Below are positions 1-7,856 of a stretch of DNA of 44,780 nt, piece after piece. Location: the IMG/VR virus record IMGVR_UViG_3300042934_000573, positions 1-44,780 of that record, one strand, 5' to 3'. The notes below the pieces were generated by a model. That model was not told the origin of the DNA. It made no database searches and saw only the letters and a list, made by a program, of their open reading frames with translations. The DNA comes from a virus. Its lineage: Duplodnaviria; Caudoviricetes. A program made the position numbers and the translations under genes. Position 1 is the stretch's first letter, and every line of letters starts with the position of its first letter.

Positions 1-144
1 GTTAGCACCCGGCATAGCCGGGCAACCCGCTACAGGGCCCCCACGTCTCCGACCGGAAACCACAGCATCGCGATCATGTCCGTGGAATTAAAAACGGTCT
101 GGCAGGATCGAGGGGGGCGATTTGTGGCCAGAATGGAAAATTAC
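1..144 (+). repeat. Terminal direct repeat, copy 1 (circular overlap)
   Basis: Identical to 44638-44780 except a G6 versus G5 run. Confidence 0.95.
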
Positions 145-365
145 CGCCCTCCTCTCCAGCTGGTGGCCATAAACTAAAAATGACCGCTCATTGTTCGCCT
201 GAAAGTAAAGAGTGCTAAAAACGGCCGTTTGGGGCCTTAAATCGGGTCAAATCAGAAAGGTGTTTTTGATAACAAATCAGCAACATTAAAAACGGTTACT
301 TTCGGGAGGGAAAACGTATCATTTCGGCCAGTTCGTTTCAGTATCGTAACGAGTGCTCCCGGCGT

Positions 366-393
366 GGTGCCGATAACGTCCATTATGTTAAAT
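366..393 (+). other. XerC/XerD recombination core site (dif/psi-like multimer resolution site)
   Basis: GGTGCCGATAA-CGTCCA-TTATGTTAAAT: XerD arm identical to E. coli dif, XerC arm 9/11, 6-bp spacer. Confidence 0.9.
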
Positions 394-447
394 AGAGCCT
401 GTTTTGGACAAATTATCCCACCCATACACATAAAATACACATCGCTA

Positions 448-483
448 TTGCCTGTCATTTCTCAATGTGTATAATGTACACAT
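448..483 (+). promoter_or_regulatory. hicAB promoter with palindromic operator
   Basis: TTGCCT-16-TATAAT; inverted repeat ATGTGTA-N5-TACACAT over the -10; extra TACACAT half-sites at 425-442. Confidence 0.65.
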
Positions 484-506
484 CGAAAGCCAGCGGGGAC
501 GGAAAA

Positions 507-692
507 TTGAGGAGTGCGGATCTAATCAAGATGCTGGAGGCTCAGGGATGGGAATTAAAACGGGTGAACGGCAGTCACCACCAGTTTAAGCACCCTGATT
601 TTCCATACGTGGTAACAGTGCCACACCCTAAGTCGGAGCTGAGCATAGGAACGCTTAACTCAATTTTGAAGAAAGCAGGACTTAAGAAATAA
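507..692 (+). CDS. hicA: HicA family toxin (type II TA)
   Basis: LIKMLEAQGW...GSHHQFKHP...VTVPHP...GTLNSILKKAGL motif; likely TTG start at 507. Confidence 0.92.
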   Translation: MRSADLIKMLEAQGWELKRVNGSHHQFKHPDFPYVVTVPHPKSELSIGTLNSILKKAGLKK

Positions 693-747
693 CTGGAGGG
701 CTGGCCACTGGCCAGCCTGGGGGAAACCCTGTCATTGGAGAAGAAAC

Positions 748-1155
748 ATGTTTTACCCAGCGTACATCCATAAAACTGAGGTTGGATCAGGTTATAGCGG
801 ATTCTTTCCGGGCGTGCCTGGCTGTATTTTTGCCGGTGATTCCTTTGAGGAAGCGCTGGCCGATGCTCACAGCGCGTTAAAGGCCCATTTTGAATTTAGC
901 GCTGATGAGGGCTACGACGTTCCAGAAGGTGAGCCGGTAGAAAACTATTTAGGCCATGAAGATTGCCAGGGGGGGATCTGGTCAGGTGTGTCTATCGACA
1001 TGACTAAGTTTGACAGCAAGGCCAAGCGAGTACAGATCACTTTATCAGGCGGGTTACTGGCCCGGATTGATTCAGCGGTTAGCGCCGGTGTCTACAGCTC
1101 GCGTAGTGGATTCCTGGCTGATGCCGCACGGCATGAGCTGGCCCGTAATTCCTGA
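748..1155 (+). CDS. hicB: HicB family antitoxin with C-terminal RHH
   Basis: YPAYIH..FPGVPGCIFAGDSFEEALADA; C-terminal RVQITL...RID...SRSGFLADAA; follows hicA. Confidence 0.92.
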   Translation: MFYPAYIHKTEVGSGYSGFFPGVPGCIFAGDSFEEALADAHSALKAHFEFSADEGYDVPEGEPVENYLGHEDCQGGIWSGVSIDMTKFDSKAKRVQITLSGGLLARIDSAVSAGVYSSRSGFLADAARHELARNS

Positions 1156-1164
1156 TCCTACCTG

Positions 1165-1187
1165 AGCCCGCCCAGCGCGGGCTTTTT
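1165..1187 (+). terminator. Intrinsic terminator after hicB
   Basis: AGCCCGC-N5-GCGGGCT followed by T-run. Confidence 0.75.
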
Positions 1188-1188
1188 G

Positions 1189-1500
1189 TTACCCCAACTC
1201 CTCAATCCGTTTCTGGTATATCCCCTGGGCGATCTCGCTGCCGGTGGCCGTGAGGCCGAACGCGAGTTTTAGAGACTGGCGATCACGGTATTTATTGAGT
1301 AAGCCATGTTGCGCCAGCGTATGGCATGAGCGCCGAAAATTGGTATCGGCTACCTGGTTAAGCCGCCCACGGTTGAGCAGCTCCAGAATCGTCATCGCCG
1401 GTAGCGGGCCATCTACGTTCTTACGTTCCGTCAGACCATACAGCACAAACAGAATATCTTTCTGAACCCCTGAGAGGCGCGTTGATGTTTGGTTATTCAT
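1189..1500 (-). CDS. Hypothetical winged-helix-like protein
   Basis: 103 aa ORF with SD; LSGVQKDILFVL...CHTLAQHGLL...LTATG pattern typical of wHTH. Confidence 0.6.
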   Translation of the reverse strand: MNNQTSTRLSGVQKDILFVLYGLTERKNVDGPLPAMTILELLNRGRLNQVADTNFRRSCHTLAQHGLLNKYRDRQSLKLAFGLTATGSEIAQGIYQKRIEELG

Positions 1501-1593
1501 GTGTCACCTCATTAAGGCGGTTTTTTTGTGAATGCTATCGTTAAAGATGTGTCACATCAATAGCGAACACAAAGCACACACGGCACACTGTGA

Positions 1594-1706
1594 GATATAA
1601 AGATATATTTATATAAATATATCAAAAAGAGATTGCGCATTAGGACTAAAAGTCCTATTATCTATTCATCGGCCGGACATAGTGTCAAGGCCACATGAAG
1701 AGATAG
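1594..1706 (+). promoter_or_regulatory. Conserved upstream promoter cassette, copy 1
   Basis: AT-rich octamer block, TTGCGC(1633)-17-TATTAT(1656), operator TAGGACT-AAA-AGTCCTA (1641-1657), leader hairpin. Confidence 0.9.
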
Positions 1707-1711
1707 CAACC

Positions 1712-2023
1712 ATGACCTCAATCGAAATCGCAAACACCATTCTTTCCCAGCTGGGCGGCAACCGTTTTACTGTGATGACCGGCGCTAAAAATTACATGGC
1801 TCTGAAATCTGGTTTACAGCTGGATTTACCGAAAAAGGCGCATTACGTGAAAAACGGAATTTCCCGCCTCTGGATCGAGCTGACCCCAGCTGATACTTAT
1901 ACTATCAAGGCCTGGAAAATCCGTGGGATGAATGCTCAGCTGGTGGACACTATAGAGAATGTGTATTGCGATGAATTACAGTCCACCTTTACCGAACTGA
2001 CAGGCCTGGACACACATTTATAA
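1712..2023 (+). CDS. Hypothetical protein (cassette 1 cargo)
   Basis: ATG directly after repeated leader; 103 aa; followed by a terminator. Confidence 0.8.
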   Translation: MTSIEIANTILSQLGGNRFTVMTGAKNYMALKSGLQLDLPKKAHYVKNGISRLWIELTPADTYTIKAWKIRGMNAQLVDTIENVYCDELQSTFTELTGLDTHL

Positions 2024-2028
2024 AATCA

Positions 2029-2051
2029 GGCCCCTTCGGGGGCCTTTTTTT
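2029..2051 (+). terminator. Intrinsic terminator
   Basis: GGCCCC-TTCG-GGGGCC plus T-run. Confidence 0.8.
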
Positions 2052-2066
2052 GCAAAAGGACCCGAT

Positions 2067-2372
2067 ATGACTACTCCTGATATTATGGCCGCTCAGGCGC
2101 GCGCCATCGAGCAAGGCTTAAACCCGGCGACTCTGGCCCCGTTCTCTAAGGGGTGGGTACGCCCTTCCCCTGATGATGTGCGTTTAGTTCTACAGCTGGC
2201 CGGTTTTACTGAGTCTCAGGCTGGCCAGTATGTAGGCGTGGACCCGCGAAATATACGTAAATGGAAAGTGGGCGCACCGGCTCCGACTTATGGCGGCTGG
2301 TGTCTGCTGGTTTATGCTGCGGGGCTGGGGATGATCCCCGACAACACTGCTTTCGATACGGTTAAGATATAA
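2067..2372 (+). CDS. KorC-like HTH transcriptional repressor
   Basis: W.RPSPDDVRLVLQLAGFTESQAGQYVGVDPRNIRKW...YGGWCLLV..AGLG resembles IncP KorC; sits among cassettes carrying 7-3-7 operators. Confidence 0.75.
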   Translation: MTTPDIMAAQARAIEQGLNPATLAPFSKGWVRPSPDDVRLVLQLAGFTESQAGQYVGVDPRNIRKWKVGAPAPTYGGWCLLVYAAGLGMIPDNTAFDTVKI

Positions 2373-2478
2373 AGATATATTTATATAAATATATCGAAAA
2401 GAGCTTGCGCACTAGGACTAAAAGTCCTATTATCTATTCATCGGCCGGACATAGTGTCAAGGCCACATGAAGAGATAG
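2366..2478 (+). promoter_or_regulatory. Conserved upstream promoter cassette, copy 2
   Basis: Near-identical to copy 1; operator 2413-2429. Confidence 0.9.
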
Positions 2479-2483
2479 ACAAC

Positions 2484-2744
2484 ATGACTAAGAAAGCCGT
2501 TCCAGTGATTACCCTCCAGAACGATGGCTCTTACTACCTGGAAGCCCGTGGAAACAAGATGACCCTGCGTTACCATGCTAACTGGGACCAGTGGGAAATG
2601 TTCTGTGATAACGCCGCTCGACGCGCTTACAATGGTCCCGGTGTAACGATGTTCAACAGCCTGAAAGAAGTTGAGAAAAAATATAAGACCTGGGCGGGGA
2701 TCTGTCAGGTGGTGGCGATGAACGAAGCCGGTACGGTACATTGA
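2484..2744 (+). CDS. Hypothetical protein (cassette 2 cargo)
   Basis: ATG after repeated leader; 86 aa; terminator at 2750-2774. Confidence 0.8.
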   Translation: MTKKAVPVITLQNDGSYYLEARGNKMTLRYHANWDQWEMFCDNAARRAYNGPGVTMFNSLKEVEKKYKTWAGICQVVAMNEAGTVH

Positions 2745-2799
2745 TTTCAGGGCCCGCATAGCGCGGGCCTTTTTGCTTGATATATTTATATATGCGCAC

Positions 2800-2888
2800 A
2801 AAAAAAACCGCCTCAGAGGGCGGTTCTTTTGTACTGCTTGGATTCGCGGTCCTTGCAGTGAGGGCTTATGCAAGCACTAACCTGTGAA
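2800..2888 (-). ncRNA. Putative type I antitoxin small RNA
   Basis: Minus-strand terminator (2800-2826); 17 nt near the 5' end complementary to 3138-3154 in the divergent toxin leader; TAGACA -35-like hexamer upstream. Confidence 0.55.
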
Positions 2889-3217
2889 GACATTTTTACC
2901 CATAAGGTAAAATTTGTCTATAGCCAGCTATAAAAACTGAATGGGATTTGGCCGCCGCCACCTAGCTTGTAACTACAAAGCGAAGGTGTTGACGCCAGAT
3001 TTACCGAAATTTATGACACGTTTGTCTTGTGGCATTTCCTTTAATCCGTTGCTTTATCTAGGTTACTATGTGCCTGGACCTTTCCGCCGCCTCGCAAACG
3101 GGCACCGACTTAAGGGAAGGAGCATCCATTGCCGTAAATGCAAGCACTAACCTGCGCTTGCTCTCGCGTCTTATTCGTCGGTGGGTATGCCGTGAAACGG
3201 TCTGTAAAGACCATTCA

Positions 3218-3337
3218 ATGAAAAAATACATATGTGTTTTGCTCGTTGTCTCCGGGGCTTTGTTATCGCCACAGGGCGAGGGTTGGAAGGTTTCTAACAA
3301 CTCTCTGAACGTGACGATCAACGTCTCCGGCAAGTAG
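3218..3337 (+). CDS. Small hydrophobic peptide, putative type I toxin
   Basis: MKKYICVLLVVSGALLSPQ... 39 aa; long leader from TTGACG-17-TATGAC (2989-3017); terminator at 3345-3370. Confidence 0.5.
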   Translation: MKKYICVLLVVSGALLSPQGEGWKVSNNSLNVTINVSGK

Positions 3338-3374
3338 CGAGGGAGGCCCCTTCGGGGGCCTTTTCTTTTCATGC

Positions 3375-3485
3375 TATAAATATATATTTATATAAAGATA
3401 TCAAAAATAACTTGCGCATTAGGACTAAAAGTCCTATTATATCCTCATCGGCCGGACACAATGTCAAGGCCATATGAGGAGATAA
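3375..3485 (+). promoter_or_regulatory. Conserved upstream promoter cassette, copy 3
   Basis: TTGCGC(3412)-17-TATTAT(3435); operator 3420-3436; same leader hairpin with a changed loop. Confidence 0.88.
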
Positions 3486-3489
3486 ATCA

Positions 3490-3786
3490 ATGAGCTATGT
3501 AACCATCCGTCGTAACGCATTCAAAAAAATTGCTTCTGTTCTTTCTCAGGCTAAAGGCATTATTCATTGTTCTTCTGTAATGCGTATCGATGACGCTTAT
3601 GACTCATCAAGCCGTCGTTCTGACGCTGAGACCGCGTTAACCTGGCTGAAAGAGAATCAGGAAGGTGCATCCGTGTACATGGATGAAAACCGTATGGTCA
3701 TCAGCGGCCCTTACTACTTTTGCGACTCCTTTACTGTTTATCTCGATGAGGCCGATTTTGCTACGGCTCTCAGTGAAATGAATTAA
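3490..3786 (+). CDS. Hypothetical protein (cassette 3 cargo)
   Basis: GAGGAG SD; 98 aa; hairpin terminator at ~3791-3819. Confidence 0.8.
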   Translation: MSYVTIRRNAFKKIASVLSQAKGIIHCSSVMRIDDAYDSSSRRSDAETALTWLKENQEGASVYMDENRMVISGPYYFCDSFTVYLDEADFATALSEMN

Positions 3787-3843
3787 TAATAAAACGGGCC
3801 GCAAAGAGCGGCCCTTGTTGCTTTGTGACGCGTCACAGCATGT

Positions 3844-4818
3844 TTATTTTGCTGATTTTCGCTCTCTATCCAGTCTGGCCAGTCCCTCACTCATCATCCC
3901 CATAAGCGTCTCTGTACTGACTACCCTGGAGACCAGACCTCTCATAGCCTCATCACTCCCCGGTGACAGGTAGAGGGCCCCAGCTGGCAGAACTTTAATC
4001 ACCGGCCGCAGGAACGAATCAAAAGACAACTCCGCGCGCGTATGGCGCAGGAGGTCAGCTAAAAGGCCGCTGGCGGCTAATTCATAATTGGCCGGATTCC
4101 ACTGGGTTACATCGATCCCTTTCGCCTCAGCGTAATCATTGCAGCGTGTTAAAAGGTCATCAATGTATTCGAGAGCCTGGGTCCGGTAGGTGCTATCCGT
4201 TAACAACATAACGTTGTCTACCGATTCCCGGTCATCAGCTGATGGACGATCACCGGCCAGGGGAATCCGCAGAACGAGCGCCAGCGCCTCACTGTACTGG
4301 TTAGCGTCGATCTCTTTGTAGGAGCGTCCGAAGTGGCTTTTCAGGGCAGACCAAAGGGTGATTGCCGCGCGTGGCTGGTGTTCTGGTGGCACGCTCTTAG
4401 AGCGCGTCAGTACCAGCTGTTTTAGTGCTTCCTGTTGCTCTGGGGTTATCTGGCCATCGAGGCGGGGGGAAGTTTGCTGGGCCAGCTGGGCGGCCATGCG
4501 GTTAAAGGCATTGATATAGGCGATCTTGATATCCATTGCACGTTTACCGGTGAACCCCATAACGAGCAACATAAAGCCGTCTTTGGTCATGCGGTAAACT
4601 TTGGAATCCCGCGTAACCGCGCCAGCTTTGATTTTTTGTACGTGGGCCGAAAAGTTGGCTGACGCAAAACTATCAGTTACATCGAGGGATTCAATTTTTT
4701 CTAAAACGTGTTTGTGTTGCTTTCCGAACGCCTCAGCAACGAGTAATGATGAGGTGATTAACTGGCCGTCTAAAGACGTGACGAAGTGATCTGGATTGGT
4801 GCTTAAGCTGGTGTTCAT
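3844..4818 (-). CDS. Rha-family phage regulator/antirepressor
   Basis: ITSSLLVAEAFGKQHKHVLEKI...YRMTKDGFMLLVMGFTGKRA...YINAFNRM Rha domain plus an ORF6C-like LWSALKSHFG domain. Confidence 0.88.
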   Translation of the reverse strand: MNTSLSTNPDHFVTSLDGQLITSSLLVAEAFGKQHKHVLEKIESLDVTDSFASANFSAHVQKIKAGAVTRDSKVYRMTKDGFMLLVMGFTGKRAMDIKIAYINAFNRMAAQLAQQTSPRLDGQITPEQQEALKQLVLTRSKSVPPEHQPRAAITLWSALKSHFGRSYKEIDANQYSEALALVLRIPLAGDRPSADDRESVDNVMLLTDSTYRTQALEYIDDLLTRCNDYAEAKGIDVTQWNPANYELAASGLLADLLRHTRAELSFDSFLRPVIKVLPAGALYLSPGSDEAMRGLVSRVVSTETLMGMMSEGLARLDRERKSAK

Positions 4819-4832
4819 TGTGATAGCTCCAA

Positions 4833-5065
4833 TTGGTTTGGATTATCACCACTCAGAGTTGCAAATCTCATGGGGTGGTGAACTGTATGGGGTTTGCAAT
4901 ACCGGTCACAATGAAACCCGGCGCGCCGAAGCGCCCCCACACAGCCCACCATAAATCGCGAATGTGGCCGTGCTTAACGCATAAAAAAACCGCTAACGCG
5001 GTATGCGTCATTGTGATATCCGGGTTGCAAATCCCGATCGCTGATTTTGCAGCGATGGCGGAACG
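4833..5065 (-). ncRNA. C4/CI/IsrK-like antisense RNA and its target repeats
   Basis: Repeated TTGCAA-containing motifs (~4859, ~4895, ~5025) and hairpins in the antirepressor leader; position matches P1 c4-ant and P4 CI organisation. Confidence 0.6.
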
Positions 5066-5083
5066 ATAGCGCCCGGATATCAA
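4868..5083 (-). CDS. Ash-family leader ORF overlapping a c4-like RNA
   Basis: AAKSAIGI...AVFLCV...GIANP..FTT pattern of Ash/Icd leaders upstream of antirepressors. Confidence 0.6.
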   Translation of the reverse strand: MISGRYRSAIAAKSAIGICNPDITMTHTALAVFLCVKHGHIRDLWWAVWGRFGAPGFIVTGIANPIQFTTP

Positions 5084-5107
5084 CAGTGCAAGAAATATAT
5101 TAGAGTG

Positions 5108-5320
5108 TTAGTAACCTTCTGGTTTTTTTATGTGGCTAGTAATATTTCTCCCACAGTCACAACAATAAAAAGCTTTACCGCCTCTGATTGAGTTCGTGTG
5201 GACCCCCTCCGCGTGAGAGCCGTCCCAATAAAAAATATTTTTGAAATCAACAATCTCTTTGGTGTGGAAGCCATTCTCTCCACCGCAATAAGGGCAATTT
5301 AACGGATTTTCTTTAACCAT
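5108..5320 (-). CDS. Small Zn-ribbon hypothetical protein
   Basis: CPYC...CCDC motifs, 70 aa. Confidence 0.6.
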   Translation of the reverse strand: MVKENPLNCPYCGGENGFHTKEIVDFKNIFYWDGSHAEGVHTNSIRGGKAFYCCDCGRNITSHIKKPEGY

Positions 5321-5337
5321 ATGTTAGGTCCCTTGAT

Positions 5338-5487
5338 TTAAGCGCTGGCGCGCATCAGGCTTTTAATTACGGCGTCACGGACCCACTCCGGGCGGGTGGA
5401 CAGCAGGGCCATCAGTCGCCCAGCGGGTAGGCGGTTGAGGTCTTTTAGACGTGTGCGGAATAACCTGGTATATTGCTGTTCAGACAT
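5338..5487 (-). CDS. Small hypothetical protein (49 aa, not in ORF track)
   Basis: MSEQQYTRLFRTRLKDLNRLP...RASA* with AAAGGGGA SD; fills the operon gap. Confidence 0.5.
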   Translation of the reverse strand: MSEQQYTRLFRTRLKDLNRLPAGRLMALLSTRPEWVRDAVIKSLMRASA

Positions 5488-5551
5488 AACAAAATCCCCT
5501 TTGTTGTGTCGAGGTGGCTACCGCTCCAACGGTGGCCACCTCACATAGCTG

Positions 5552-5803
5552 TTAGTGATGTGCTTTATAAAAGCTGAACATCTTCTCAAACAGCTCTTTC
5601 ATCGGAATATCGTTAGATGACGCGTAAGTTTTAAACTCGCGGTGCAGCTCAGGATCGAGCCTTAACAGCAGCTGTTTACCGCCGTCCGCCTCTCTCCCTG
5701 CTTTAGCCGTCGTTTCAATACCGGCCGCTGTATCTTCCAGCTTTGGCGGCTCGCCTTTATTCGTCGCTTTACGTGCTGGTGGGCTGACTTTTGGTCCGGC
5801 CAT
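5552..5803 (-). CDS. ParG-like RHH partition adaptor
   Basis: Disordered N-terminus plus QLLLRLDPELHREFKTYA...MKELF; directly downstream of parA. Confidence 0.8.
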   Translation of the reverse strand: MAGPKVSPPARKATNKGEPPKLEDTAAGIETTAKAGREADGGKQLLLRLDPELHREFKTYASSNDIPMKELFEKMFSFYKAHH

Positions 5804-5817
5804 GTTCGGTTTACTCC

Positions 5818-6465
5818 TTATGCGGTTAATTCTTCTACGCGGTCAATAATGCCCTGAATCACATGCTCAGCGCGTTGGCGCGGTGCGGCATACTGACATT
5901 CAACAATGCTCCGCCCGGTGTCCTGGGCTTTGCTGAGGGCTGGTTTACGCGGGATAAAACCGTCAATGACGGTGTATGGGGTTTTTTCCAGATAGGCGCG
6001 CGCGCCCTCATAGTCTGATTCATTCTCTGATACGCCACTAAATACGATCGCCAGCTTTTCAGCGGGTACGCCAGCGCGAACCAGGCTATTAGCAGTATTT
6101 ACCGTTGACTCCAGATCATCGAGGCTAAACGAGGTCGGAATAACGGTGAGGTCACACTGGTTGGCTATATCGATGGTTGATTTAGATGCGAACGCGGCGC
6201 AGTCAGCGATCACCAGATCGTATTGGTCGCTATCCTGGTGTTTTTTGAGCTGTGTCACTGTACCCAGCGACTGAACGTCAAACACTGGTTCCATATTTGC
6301 TCCTATACGACGGCGCATCCAGTTAGCAAAGGTTGCCTGGCCGATATCCAGATCGCCAACCATTACTTTCCAGTCTGCTTTTGCATATGAAACCGCCACG
6401 GCGCGCGCCAGCGTTGATTTTGTTACTCCACCCTTACCGGATGCAAAGGCAATTGAAATGGTCAT
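5818..6465 (-). CDS. parA: ParA family partition ATPase (type Ib)
   Basis: Deviant Walker A GKGGVTKST, DLDIGQ, VIAD Walker B; 215 aa with no N-terminal HTH. Confidence 0.9.
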   Translation of the reverse strand: MTISIAFASGKGGVTKSTLARAVAVSYAKADWKVMVGDLDIGQATFANWMRRRIGANMEPVFDVQSLGTVTQLKKHQDSDQYDLVIADCAAFASKSTIDIANQCDLTVIPTSFSLDDLESTVNTANSLVRAGVPAEKLAIVFSGVSENESDYEGARAYLEKTPYTVIDGFIPRKPALSKAQDTGRSIVECQYAAPRQRAEHVIQGIIDRVEELTA

Positions 6466-6493
6466 TTGTCGAGACTCCGTTTCTGTGAATGAA

Positions 6494-6593
6494 GATATAA
6501 AGATATATTTATATCTTGTTGTGAGGAGAGTACATCAGGGCTGGCGGGGAGGCAAGAGGATTTGATATAAATATATAAAGATATATTTATATC
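6494..6593. promoter_or_regulatory. Putative centromere/par operator (AT-rich octamer repeats)
   Basis: Two blocks of (G/T)ATATAAA / TTTATATC repeats upstream of parA. Confidence 0.6.
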
Positions 6594-6624
6594 AAATCGT
6601 AAGGCGGGCCGAAACCCGCAAATG

Positions 6625-6999
6625 TCACATGTTCGTTAACTTGCAACGTATTGTTTTAATGGATAAAATGCAAGTTCGAATCATGGTCAGGATAGCTTCT
6701 GGCAACTCCCCGCCTGAATCTGTTGTTTCCCCTGTGTCCAGCATTTCAGCCAGTGAGGAGACCATAAGCGATACTCCAATAGAGCGGGCAGCAAGTTTTA
6801 TGATCTCCGGGTCTGGTTCCAAATTATCCCGGATGTTACGAACAACGGTGACTTGTTCACTGGCAATACAAAACGCTGATTCCAGAAATTCCGTTTCTTG
6901 TTCGTCTATATACGCTTTGATTATGCACTCAAGCGCAATGGCATTAGAGAGAGCTGAATTGGTAAGCATGGTATACGCGGGGTATTGATCCTGTTTCAT
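6625..6999 (-). CDS. Hypothetical protein
   Basis: 124 aa, co-oriented between repressor and parA. Confidence 0.55.
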   Translation of the reverse strand: MKQDQYPAYTMLTNSALSNAIALECIIKAYIDEQETEFLESAFCIASEQVTVVRNIRDNLEPDPEIIKLAARSIGVSLMVSSLAEMLDTGETTDSGGELPEAILTMIRTCILSIKTIRCKLTNM

Positions 7000-7079
7000 A
7001 TAGCGTTTCTCAATATGTAGTTTCTGACCCGCCGTGTGGTTATTTTAAGCAACAAAAAGCACGGCGCGCGTGCTTCCTG

Positions 7080-7709
7080 TTAACGCCACATAACGATCGT
7101 GACAACTCGACCTACAATCTCAACCTTTTCTGATTCAGTAATCCGAATAGGCGGGAAATGAGTGTCATTTGTAGCGTAGATAAGACATTCATTTTTACCG
7201 ATCTCTTTTCGCCCCCACAGGCACATTATCCGGCCAGAAATGTCTTTTATTGCGTAAATGTCAGTTTTATCTATGGATTTAACCGAGGTATCTATAAGGA
7301 CCTCAGCACCTTTTTTAAGGTCTGGAGCCAATAGATCATCCTCAACTTTCATCGTAACCAGCTCGCTTACGTTGAGGCGTTTGGTTTCAATAAATGCCGT
7401 ATTAAAGGCCACAGAGGTTAGGGCCTCCGGGGAGCCAATGCGCGGCAGCGGCGAGAACGCGAGGGAATCGCTTTCCCCTTCCATATCACTGAGCGTGGCC
7501 AGCCATGCCGGAGACACTTTCAGCGCCGCCCCCAGGACTTTCATACTTTTAAGCGGCGCAAGCCTTATCCCTGCCTCATAGTTCTGGAGGGTACTTCTTG
7601 GGATGCCAGTTCGGTCCTCAAGATCCTGTACTGAGAGTTTCGCCTCATGTCGTTTTTGCCTAATCCGGTTTCCTACCTGGATGGCCATCGTAGTTTTTTC
7701 GTTGTTCAT
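7080..7709 (-). CDS. CI-like repressor (XRE HTH plus degenerate S24-like domain)
   Basis: RIRQKR...LSVQDLEDRTGIPRSTLQNYEAG HTH; C-terminal VEIVGRVV; divergent from a cro-like gene. Confidence 0.85.
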   Translation of the reverse strand: MNNEKTTMAIQVGNRIRQKRHEAKLSVQDLEDRTGIPRSTLQNYEAGIRLAPLKSMKVLGAALKVSPAWLATLSDMEGESDSLAFSPLPRIGSPEALTSVAFNTAFIETKRLNVSELVTMKVEDDLLAPDLKKGAEVLIDTSVKSIDKTDIYAIKDISGRIMCLWGRKEIGKNECLIYATNDTHFPPIRITESEKVEIVGRVVTIVMWR

Positions 7710-7731
7710 GTCAGTAGAGCCCCGCCTCAAA

Positions 7732-7783
7732 TTGTAGTCAGCGTAACACATTTTGTAGTCATTTGGCGCGATGACTACAAAAA
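7732..7783. promoter_or_regulatory. Immunity-region operator array
   Basis: TTGTAGTCA direct repeat plus inverted repeat TTTTGTAGTCAT-N8-ATGACTACAAAA. Confidence 0.75.
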
Positions 7784-7856
7784 GTCGTTTTTCGCCTTGA
7801 TAAATCCCGCGATGTGGTTAAATATGACCTCAATTGGTAGTTTTTGAGGGTGTAAT

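Noticed and set aside
1682-1711. Shared N-terminal peptide MSRPHEEI in ORFs 1682 and 2454
   Set aside because: Artefact of the repeated leader; true starts are more likely the ATGs at 1712 and 2484
2962-2977. Second Ter site (CTTGTAACTA)
   Set aside because: Lacks the G of the GTTGTAAC core and the G6 position
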